Below are positions 1 through 7,948 of a stretch of 64,000 bases of DNA, one piece after another. The position numbers and the translations under genes were made by a program. The notes under the pieces are model-generated. The model saw only the letters and a program-made list of their open reading frames with translations, ran no database searches and was not told where the DNA came from. Numbering within the stretch: position 1 is the first letter of the stretch; every line of letters starts with the position of its first letter. Source of the DNA: an uncultured Desulfarculus sp. (GTDB lineage: Bacteria > Desulfobacterota > Desulfarculia > Desulfarculales > Desulfarculaceae); contig CAXXUK010000001.1 in NCBI GenBank assembly GCA_963665125.2, positions 2,656,001 to 2,720,000 of the forward strand, read 5' to 3'.

Positions 1-207
1 GCCGTTGGCGGCTACTGGCTGTTTACAAGCGGCAATGCCATACGGCTCGGCCGTCTGATCGCTCCATACATTGGTCTTGGCGACAGCATTCAGTTGTTTA
101 TGCCCTCGGAAAAAATGCCCGCCGACCGCAGGGCCAATCAAACAACCGTACCCGAGGATTGGGGGCCGACCATTATCATCGACCAGAAGGAGGCAAGCCA
201 TGGGTAG
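1..207 (+). CDS. 3' end of an upstream gene (partial), product unknown
   Basis: Frame 1 is open from base 1 to TAG 205-207 (AVGGYWLFTSG...IIDQKEASHG*) and overlaps the next ATG (200), which suggests translational coupling. Confidence 0.55.
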   Translation, partial: AVGGYWLFTSGNAIRLGRLIAPYIGLGDSIQLFMPSEKMPADRRANQTTVPEDWGPTIIIDQKEASHG

Positions 208-1255
208 GATGGACGACCTCCTGCGCAAATCGGGCCGGGATTTGGGGCACCAGTCCCCTTCGGCCGAAGATGGACCCCAAAAGCCCCCACGCCCACGAGC
301 CGAAGACCAGCCGCCCATTGAGCCCCCGGTGGACATGCGGCCGCCCGGCGAACCAAAGGCCCGGCCCCAGAAAATACAAGCCGATGCCATTTACGCCCCC
401 GAAGATATGGATGACGCCCCGGGAGCGATCCGGGAATACGAACCGGACACCGGCGGCAGCCCGCCCCCTGCCAAGGTAAGCGCCCAACTGTTTGAAGATT
501 TAAGTGATGATTCCGACGATGATGAGATGACCATCGTCGACACGCCGCCCCAGCGCGAGCCTTTAAGTGACGACGACAAGCAGCGGCTGGTGAGCCTTTT
601 CGCGCCGTCGAGCCCCCAGGGCAAACGAATCGACATGCTGCGGTCCCAGCTGTTGTACCCGTTTCACGGCGATCCTCCACGTACGATCATGGTCAGCAGC
701 GTCGCCCACAGGGAAGGCCGCACCCTGTTGACCTCGAACCTGGCCATCAGTTTTGCCCGCGGTCTTCAGCAGTTCGTGATGATCATCGACTGCCACCTGG
801 CAAACCCGGAGATCCACCGCCTGCTCCAGGTGCCCCTGCGCCCCGGCCTCACCGACTATCTGGAGCACGGCTACACCGTGCCCGAGATTATTCACTGGAC
901 CAGCGTGGACAAGCTTTCGGTCATCCCAGCGGGCAGGCCGACCCACCGCACCGCTGAAATCCTGGCCACCGACAAAATGGTCGACCTGATGTATGAACTG
1001 CGGGAGCGTTACGCCGACCGCTTTATCATCCTGGACACGCCGCCGGTCCAGGCCGTGGACGACCCCGCGGTTTTGGCCAGGGTCGTCGAGGGCATCGTCT
1101 TCGTGACCCTGGGCGGCGTGACCGACAGGGAGCTGGTCCTCAGGGCCATGCGCTCCTTGCCGGAAGAAAAAATCATAGGAATGGTCTTAAACGATCCTCA
1201 TCAGTCCGTGCTCGATGCCCCCGACCTTGGAGCGAGCATTGAGGATGTGGGGTAA
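200..1255 (+). CDS. CpsD/CapB-like tyrosine-kinase (BY-kinase) family protein with degenerate motifs
   Basis: AGGAGG RBS at 188-193 before ATG 200. Motifs LRSQL, TIMVSS..EGRT..SNLA, PGLTDYL and IILDTPP follow a Pro/acidic disordered N-terminus. EPS locus context. Confidence 0.85.
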   Translation: MGRMDDLLRKSGRDLGHQSPSAEDGPQKPPRPRAEDQPPIEPPVDMRPPGEPKARPQKIQADAIYAPEDMDDAPGAIREYEPDTGGSPPPAKVSAQLFEDLSDDSDDDEMTIVDTPPQREPLSDDDKQRLVSLFAPSSPQGKRIDMLRSQLLYPFHGDPPRTIMVSSVAHREGRTLLTSNLAISFARGLQQFVMIIDCHLANPEIHRLLQVPLRPGLTDYLEHGYTVPEIIHWTSVDKLSVIPAGRPTHRTAEILATDKMVDLMYELRERYADRFIILDTPPVQAVDDPAVLARVVEGIVFVTLGGVTDRELVLRAMRSLPEEKIIGMVLNDPHQSVLDAPDLGASIEDVG

Positions 1256-1263
1256 CAAGCTCG

Positions 1264-2724
1264 ATGCGCATACCGTCCAGCAGCCCATCACCGTACATCA
1301 TCGGCTTCCTGTTGGTGGAGGCCGTTTTGATGGCCATAGGGTCGGTCATGGCCGTTTATTTCCGCACCGGCGGCGCGGAAGAGCTTTTTACCTGGCGTTA
1401 TTCATGGCACCGGGTCATTTTGGTGCCGATGGTCCTTGAGATCACCTTCTACCTACTTGACCTGCACAACTTCCGTCTGTCGCGATCGTTCATCTGGACG
1501 ATCTTTCGGGTTTTACAGGCCACGGCCTTGGGAACCATGGCCCTGGCGGCCATTTATTACCTGTTTCCGAGGCTGTTTTTGGGCCGCGGCGTCATCCTCA
1601 TGTCCTATGTCTTCATCGCGGGCCTGGTGTTGGCCTGGCGGGCCATGTACCACTGGGCCCTGACCAGGGACGTGCTGTCCACCCGGTTGATGATCATAGG
1701 ATCGGGGCGCATGGCCGACAGCATCCTGGAAGAGTTGACCGGGCGCTCCGACAATCCCTATCTTGTCACCAGCCTGGTCGATGTCGGCGTGGCGGCCCAC
1801 AACCTCAGGGCCGGCGACCCGCCAAAATCGGACGTACGCATTGGCCAGGCCGGTCCGGATTTACTGGAATACTGGGGCCGTCTGACCAGGGCGGCCTACT
1901 ACTCCGAGGCCGATGAACTGCTGGGCCTGGCCCGCCACCACCAAGTGGATATGATAGTGGTGGCCCTGGGAGAAAAACGCCAAGTCATGCCCATGGACCA
2001 ACTGCTCCAATGCCGCATGGCCGGCATACCCATCGTCACCGGCGACGATTTTTATGAAAGCATAGCCGGCAGGATACTGGCCGACTACATCCGGCCAGGC
2101 TGGCTGATTTTTTCGCCGGGGTTCACCACATCCCGTCTGCGCCGGGTCACAAAAAGATTCATCGACATTGCCCTGGCCGTGATAGGGCTGGTCTTGTCAT
2201 CGCCCCTGGCCCTGTTGGTGGCCCTGGCCATCCGCCTGGAAAGCAAGGGGCCGATCATCTACAAGCAGGACCGGATCGGCCAAAACGACAAGCTTTTCAC
2301 CATCCTCAAGTTCCGTTCCATGACCGCCGACGCCGAGAGCGTCAGCGGACCGGCATGGGCCCAGGAAAACGATCCCAGGGTAACCAGGGTCGGCAAGATA
2401 ATCCGGCGCACCAGACTAGATGAAATCCCCCAGATGTGGAACGTCCTGCGCGGCGATATGAGCTTTGTGGGCCCCAGGCCCGAGAGATCGCATTTCGTCA
2501 AGCAGCTGGAGGAGAAGCTGCCGTTTTACCGTGAACGCCACAATGTCAAGCCGGGCATCACCGGCTGGGCCCAGGTCTGTTTTCCCTATGGCGCCTCGGT
2601 GGCGGCGGCCCTGGAAAAGCTCAATTACGACCTTTACTACATCAAACACTCAAACCTGACCATGGACCTGCAGATCCTTTTCCAGACCTTCAAGCTGCTC
2701 ATTACCGGCGGAGGAGGCCGATGA
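1264..2724 (+). CDS. Priming polyprenyl-phosphate sugar phosphotransferase (XrtA/PEP-CTERM-associated type)
   Basis: N-terminal TM helices, then a bacterial sugar transferase domain: KRFIDI, KFRSM, DPRVTRVG, RLDEIPQMWNVLRGDMSFVGPRPER, KPGITGWAQV, YDLYYIK. Confidence 0.93.
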   Translation: MRIPSSSPSPYIIGFLLVEAVLMAIGSVMAVYFRTGGAEELFTWRYSWHRVILVPMVLEITFYLLDLHNFRLSRSFIWTIFRVLQATALGTMALAAIYYLFPRLFLGRGVILMSYVFIAGLVLAWRAMYHWALTRDVLSTRLMIIGSGRMADSILEELTGRSDNPYLVTSLVDVGVAAHNLRAGDPPKSDVRIGQAGPDLLEYWGRLTRAAYYSEADELLGLARHHQVDMIVVALGEKRQVMPMDQLLQCRMAGIPIVTGDDFYESIAGRILADYIRPGWLIFSPGFTTSRLRRVTKRFIDIALAVIGLVLSSPLALLVALAIRLESKGPIIYKQDRIGQNDKLFTILKFRSMTADAESVSGPAWAQENDPRVTRVGKIIRRTRLDEIPQMWNVLRGDMSFVGPRPERSHFVKQLEEKLPFYRERHNVKPGITGWAQVCFPYGASVAAALEKLNYDLYYIKHSNLTMDLQILFQTFKLLITGGGGR

Positions 2725-3590
2725 GCACCACCGACCGCCCGGCCGGACTGGCCGGCCTTATTCCCTGGCTGCTGGTGGGCGCGGCCCTGTTGTGGATCTA
2801 CGGCCCCATTGCCGGGCCCATGGTCGTGGTGTGGTCCAGCGACCCCAACTACTCCCACGGCTATCTGGTGCCGCTGGTCACCATTTGGCTGCTCTGGCGG
2901 GACAAGGCCGCCCTGGCCCAATGCGCGTCCGGGCCAGACTGGAAGGGCCTGGCCATGGTCGGCGCGGGGTTGTTTGTCCTGGTGGCCGGCAGCCTGGCCC
3001 ATGAATATTTTCTACAGAGGGCCAGCCTAGTCCCTGTCCTGTGGGGCCTGGCCTGGCTGTTGTGGGGCTGGCGGCTGGCCAAACGCAGCGCCTTTGCCAT
3101 CTGGTATCTGCTGTTGATGGTTCCCTGGCCCTACATCGTCTACGATTCCCTGGCCTTCCCCCTGCGGCTGGCTGCGGCGTCCATGGCCGGCTGGTGCGTC
3201 AGGCTGGTGGGCATACCCGTGCTGGTGGAGGGCAACGTCATTCATCTGCCCCACGCGGTATTGAACGTAATAGACGCTTGCTCGGGCATCCGCAGCATGG
3301 TTTCCCTGTTGGCCGCGGCACTGTTTTTGGCCTATGTCATGCTGCCGCGCATCTGGCCCAGGTTCGTCGTCGCCCTGGCCGCCCCTCTTGTGGCCGTGCT
3401 TACCAACAGCCTGCGCATCACCATAGCCGCCGTGCTGGCCGAAAAGATAGGTCCTCAAACCCTAGAGGGAGTGATGCACGACGCGGTTGGCTGGATCGTA
3501 TTCATGGTCGGTTTCGGTCTGCTGGCCTTGCTGGCCTGGCTGCTGGCCAAGTTCACCGGTCCGAAGCAAACGGAAGGGGTGCGGCCATGA
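2721..3590 (+). CDS. xrt: Exosortase (EpsH family)
   Basis: Multi-TM protein with YSHGYLVP, catalytic Cys in VIDACSGIRS, Arg in NSLRI and His in MHDAVG. ATGA overlap with the upstream gene. Confidence 0.93.
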   Translation: MSTTDRPAGLAGLIPWLLVGAALLWIYGPIAGPMVVVWSSDPNYSHGYLVPLVTIWLLWRDKAALAQCASGPDWKGLAMVGAGLFVLVAGSLAHEYFLQRASLVPVLWGLAWLLWGWRLAKRSAFAIWYLLLMVPWPYIVYDSLAFPLRLAAASMAGWCVRLVGIPVLVEGNVIHLPHAVLNVIDACSGIRSMVSLLAAALFLAYVMLPRIWPRFVVALAAPLVAVLTNSLRITIAAVLAEKIGPQTLEGVMHDAVGWIVFMVGFGLLALLAWLLAKFTGPKQTEGVRP

Positions 3591-4249
3591 CCGGCGGCAA
3601 ACGCACCGCAGCGCTCCTGGCGGCCCTGGTCCTGCTGATCATCGCCGGCGCGGTGGCCAGCCTGATCGGCCAGGCGCCCCCCAGGCCCCTGGCCGGGCCC
3701 CTGGCCGGCCTGCCCGAGCGGATGGGCGAATGGAGTATGGCCGCGGCGGATAAAAGCCTGGACCAGCGCACCCTTGACGTATTGCGGCCAAGCGACTACC
3801 TGATGCGCACCTATGTGCAAAAAGACGGATTCCCCTGCTCGGTATTCATAGCCTTTTTTGACTATCAGCGGGAAGGCCGAATGATTCATTCGCCCCTGCA
3901 ATGCCTGCCGGGCGGCGGCTGGACAATCAGCAAAAAGGAAACAACCTTTATTGACGGCCCATTCGGGCGGCAAACGGTCAACCACCTGACCCTGGTCCAT
4001 CAGTTGAACAAGATGAGCGTGTTGTATTGGTATCAGGGACGGGGCAGGCTCCAACACGATGAATACCTGGACCGCATACTGCTGGCCTGGGACAGCCTGA
4101 GCAAGGGCCGCAATGACGGTGCCCTGGTGCGGCTGATGGCCCCGGCCGGGCCCAAGGCCCTGGAGATGCAGACCGATCTGGCCGCACACATCAGCAAGGC
4201 CCTTCAAGGGTTGATGGATCAAAGCGGCATTGGGCGGAAAGGGCGTTAA
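3587..4249 (+). CDS. epsI: EpsI family protein (exosortase-associated)
   Basis: ATG 3587 overlaps the exosortase stop (ATGA). Signal anchor, then DYLMRTY, IHSPLQCLPGGGW, VLYWYQ and DGALVRL motifs. Confidence 0.9.
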   Translation: MTGGKRTAALLAALVLLIIAGAVASLIGQAPPRPLAGPLAGLPERMGEWSMAAADKSLDQRTLDVLRPSDYLMRTYVQKDGFPCSVFIAFFDYQREGRMIHSPLQCLPGGGWTISKKETTFIDGPFGRQTVNHLTLVHQLNKMSVLYWYQGRGRLQHDEYLDRILLAWDSLSKGRNDGALVRLMAPAGPKALEMQTDLAAHISKALQGLMDQSGIGRKGR

Positions 4250-4255
4250 CGGCCA

Positions 4256-5518
4256 ATGGGCTTTTTTTTCACCCTGGTTTTGACCGCCCTGCTTTACGTC
4301 CGGCCTCAGGAATATATTGAGGCCATCAAGGGCTGGCCGATCATGGACTGGGTGGCCATAGCCTGCCTGGCCGGCGTGTTTCTGGAAGGCTCGTTTTCGG
4401 CCGAAAAACTGCGGCGTTCGCCCATCAACTGGCTGCTTGTTTTTTTCTGGTTTCAGCTTGGCGCCAGTTGGCTTCTCAACGATTGGCTTGGCGGCATAGT
4501 CTTCCAAATAGTCCATTTTTCGCCGGTGGCCATAATGTATTTCCTGGTCGTGCTCACCGTGGACACCATGCGAAAACTAAAACTCTTTATCTGGACCCTG
4601 GTGATTTTCTGCTCTTTCCTGGCCTTGGAATCAATGCTCGTTTTTTACACCGGAGCGGGCATCACCGGCGCGACTGCCCTGATGCGCGGTGATGTCATGC
4701 AGACAAAAGGCGTGGGCATATTCGCCGACCCCAACGATATCGCCATAAACATGGTGCCCATGACGGCTTTTTTGCTTCCCGCTTTTCATAAGGGATTGTT
4801 GACCCGTTCGTGGATTCCGGGTTTCGCCTTCTTGATGCCGTTAATCAACGGCATCATCCTCACCCGCTCCCGTGGCGGCATGCTGGGCATGTTGGCGGTG
4901 GGCTGGATGTATCTGCGCCGCCGCACAGGGCTTGTGTTCGCGGTCGTCGGCATTGCCGTAGCCCTGGCCCTGGTCCTCAGCCTGCCGCGCATGGGCGATA
5001 TCGACACCCAGGAGGGATCGGCCAGGACCCGCCTTGACCACTGGTCATACGGCCTGCAATTGTTCAAAACACACCCGATCATGGGCGTGGGCGTGGGCAA
5101 CTTCGCCGACATAGGCAACTACACCCACACCGCCCACAATTCCCTGGTTCTGGTCATGGCCGAAACCGGCTTCGTGGGGACATTTTTCTGGGTATCCATG
5201 TTGTTGTGCTTCTTCATGCACCTGCGCGACATCCGGGGGGAAGACCGTGCGCCGCCCTGGGCCGAGCCATTCAACAATGCCTTGGAGTCGGCGATGGTCG
5301 GATGGCTGACCTGTGCGTTCTTCCTCAGCCAGACCTATAAGCCGCTGCTGTTCATACTTATGGCCACGGCCGTTGCGGCGTTGAATGTAATCGCAAAGGA
5401 AAACGGCGTTGATCTGACTCTGCGTTGGAATGCGCGGATGACCATGTTGGGCGGCGTGACCACGGCGGCCAGTATCATATTGATGTATATCGCCCTGCGC
5501 GTTCTTTGGGCAATGTAG
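4256..5518 (+). CDS. O-antigen ligase / Wzy polymerase family membrane protein
   Basis: Many TM segments with DPND, TRSRGG, PIMGVGVGNF and AHNS..L..AETG motifs. Confidence 0.88.
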   Translation: MGFFFTLVLTALLYVRPQEYIEAIKGWPIMDWVAIACLAGVFLEGSFSAEKLRRSPINWLLVFFWFQLGASWLLNDWLGGIVFQIVHFSPVAIMYFLVVLTVDTMRKLKLFIWTLVIFCSFLALESMLVFYTGAGITGATALMRGDVMQTKGVGIFADPNDIAINMVPMTAFLLPAFHKGLLTRSWIPGFAFLMPLINGIILTRSRGGMLGMLAVGWMYLRRRTGLVFAVVGIAVALALVLSLPRMGDIDTQEGSARTRLDHWSYGLQLFKTHPIMGVGVGNFADIGNYTHTAHNSLVLVMAETGFVGTFFWVSMLLCFFMHLRDIRGEDRAPPWAEPFNNALESAMVGWLTCAFFLSQTYKPLLFILMATAVAALNVIAKENGVDLTLRWNARMTMLGGVTTAASIILMYIALRVLWAM

Positions 5519-5528
5519 GTTAAAGGAT

Positions 5529-6896
5529 GTGGGCAAGATGAATTACGGCGACTTATGGTCACGCGTGCTGTGGCCGGCATATGAAAGGTTCCGGGGCAGG
5601 CAAACGCCCAGGATCGAGACTTTGCTGGCCCATAGCCAGTACGAGCCGCCGCAAGCGACATTCGCCAGACAAATGTCCGACCTAAGGGCCCTGCTGGAGC
5701 ACGCACAGAGCGCGGTGCCATTTTACAAAAATTGGTTCACCGAGGCCTCTGTGGAGCCCGAAGACATTACCCGCACGGGTGATCTGTCGGTTTTGCCCTT
5801 GGTGGACAAGCGGATGTTCATGGCCCAGCCGGAACTGTTCCGGGCCGATCCCCAGCCGCCCGGCTCGTATACCAAGGCCACGGGAGGCTCCACGGGCAGG
5901 CCCCTGCGACTGCGGCTCAACCCGCTGTCGGACCAGTGGCGCACCGCCGTCTACCGCCGGGGCTACGGCTGGGCCGGGTGCCGGGAGGGCGACCGGCAGA
6001 TCTATCTCTGGGGCGCCGACGTCATGCCCGTTTCAGGTCTATATAAGCTGCGCCGCGGCATGTTCCGGGCCCTGGCCCGCATGCGCTTTTTCAGCAGCTT
6101 CGGGCTTGGCGCCCAGGAAATGGACGATGTATTGAGCGCTGTGCGGCGTTTCAGGCCCAAGTGCCTGGTCGGCTACACCACCGCCCTGGAAGCCCTGGCC
6201 CGGCGGGCCCTGGCCGTGGGCTGGTCGCCGCCCCGCAGCCTGCGTTCGGTGATAACAGGCGCCGAGGCCCTGAACCGGGACCAACGAGAGATTATCGAGA
6301 GAGCCATGGCCTGCCCCGTATTCGAAACATACGGCAGCCGGGAATTCATGCTCATCGCCGCCGAATGCCCAGAGCACAAGGGGCTGCACATCTCCGCAGA
6401 AAATCTGATTGTCGAGGTGCTCAAGGACGGCAAACCGGCCCTGCCCGGTCAATTGGGCGAGGTGGTGGTCACCGACCTGCACAACTATGCCCAGCCTTTT
6501 ATCCGCTATAAAAGCGGCGATCTGGCCGCTCCGGCCGGGGGCTACTGCCCCTGCGGGCGCTCACTGCCCCGTCTGGAGCGCATCGAGGGCCGCATCCTGG
6601 ACATGATCACCGCGCCGGACGGCCGTATCCTGCCCGGCGAATTTTTCCCGCACTTTTTCAAGGATCTGCCAAACATCATCCAGTTCCAGGTGCGGCAGAT
6701 CGCCCAGGACCGGATCAACATCAGCATCGTGGGCCATGCGCCCATGAGCGACGCCGACAAGGCCAAAATCATCGACGGAACGGCCGAGGTCCTCCCCGGC
6801 GTCGCGGTGGATATAATCGAAGTGGACGAGATCCCGGCCACGGCCGCGGGCAAACGCAGGGTCACCATCGGCCTGGGCCCGGAGGATGGCCGATGA
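5529..6896 (+). CDS. CapK-like / phenylacetate-CoA ligase family adenylate-forming enzyme
   Basis: TGGSTGRP P-loop, YGSREF, VVTDLHNYAQPFIRYKSGD and IEGR motifs. An alternative start is ATG 5538. Confidence 0.88.
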   Translation: MGKMNYGDLWSRVLWPAYERFRGRQTPRIETLLAHSQYEPPQATFARQMSDLRALLEHAQSAVPFYKNWFTEASVEPEDITRTGDLSVLPLVDKRMFMAQPELFRADPQPPGSYTKATGGSTGRPLRLRLNPLSDQWRTAVYRRGYGWAGCREGDRQIYLWGADVMPVSGLYKLRRGMFRALARMRFFSSFGLGAQEMDDVLSAVRRFRPKCLVGYTTALEALARRALAVGWSPPRSLRSVITGAEALNRDQREIIERAMACPVFETYGSREFMLIAAECPEHKGLHISAENLIVEVLKDGKPALPGQLGEVVVTDLHNYAQPFIRYKSGDLAAPAGGYCPCGRSLPRLERIEGRILDMITAPDGRILPGEFFPHFFKDLPNIIQFQVRQIAQDRINISIVGHAPMSDADKAKIIDGTAEVLPGVAVDIIEVDEIPATAAGKRRVTIGLGPEDGR

Positions 6897-7948
6897 TCAG
6901 GGCCATGGACAAATGGCTGGGCTCCTATTTGGCCCAAAAACTGCGGCCCAGACCATTGCCCGCCGACGGCCCGCTGCATATCTGTCTGGCCGTTGCCGAC
7001 CATTTCGAGCCGTGGTGGGCCCATCCCTGCGAGAAACAGGCCCTGGCCCGGCTGGCGACCTGGGAGAAGAACCTGCCGCGGCTGGTGGACGGTCTGGCCG
7101 ACTGCCGGGGCAAGCCGCCCCAGCACGACTTTTTCTTCCCCATCGAGGATTACCGGCCCCAGGTCATGGACCGCCTCGCCGCCTTGTGCGACAAGGGCCT
7201 GGGCCAGGTGGAGGTGCATCTGCACCACCACGGCGAATCCAGCGCCGAACTGGAGGACCTGCTGTCTTTCTGGGCCCAAACGCTCTACCAAAACCACGGG
7301 CTCTTGCGCAAGGACCCGGACACCGGCCAAATCGCCTACGGCTTTATTCACGGCAACTGGGCACTGGACAATTCCCGGCCCGACGGCACATGGTGCGGCC
7401 GCAACGACGAAATAAGCATCCTGGCCCGCACGGGATGCTACGCCGACTTCACCATGCCCTCGGCCCCTGATGTGACCCAGACCAAAACCATCAACGCCAT
7501 TTATTACGCCACCGACGACCCGGCCAGGCCCAAGAGCCACGACACGGGCGTCATGGCCCAGGTCGGGCGGCCGCCCTGCGGCGACCTGCTGCTGGTCCAG
7601 GGCGTTCTGGGCCTGAATTGGCGCAGACGCAAATGGGGCATTGTCCCGCACATAGAAAATTCCGACCTGTCGGCCGACAACCAGCCCAATCCGGTCAGGG
7701 CCGCCCTTTGGCTTAATCTGGCGCCATGCGTAAAAGGCGCGGAGCATGTACGCTTCATCAAGTTGCATTGTCACGGGGCGCCGGAGCAAAACGCCCGGAC
7801 AATTCTGGGCCATGCCATGAGACACACCTTGGAGCACCTCTTGAAATGTTACAATGACGGGAAAAAGTATAAACTTGCCTTCATGACTTGCTGGGAAATG
7901 GTGCAAACTATACATGCATTGGAAAAAGGCGAATCTTTGAAATGGTGA
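6893..7948 (+). CDS. Conserved hypothetical, probable polysaccharide-deacetylase-like metalloenzyme
   Basis: ADHFEP, VEVHLHHH and FIHGNWALDNS motifs. ATGA-coupled to the CapK-like gene. Confidence 0.65.
   Translation: MIRAMDKWLGSYLAQKLRPRPLPADGPLHICLAVADHFEPWWAHPCEKQALARLATWEKNLPRLVDGLADCRGKPPQHDFFFPIEDYRPQVMDRLAALCDKGLGQVEVHLHHHGESSAELEDLLSFWAQTLYQNHGLLRKDPDTGQIAYGFIHGNWALDNSRPDGTWCGRNDEISILARTGCYADFTMPSAPDVTQTKTINAIYYATDDPARPKSHDTGVMAQVGRPPCGDLLLVQGVLGLNWRRRKWGIVPHIENSDLSADNQPNPVRAALWLNLAPCVKGAEHVRFIKLHCHGAPEQNARTILGHAMRHTLEHLLKCYNDGKKYKLAFMTCWEMVQTIHALEKGESLKW

Noticed and set aside
3041..3586. N-terminal extension of the 402-aa ORF
   Set aside because: It overlaps the exosortase in another frame. 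The real EpsI start is the ATGA-coupled ATG 3587.
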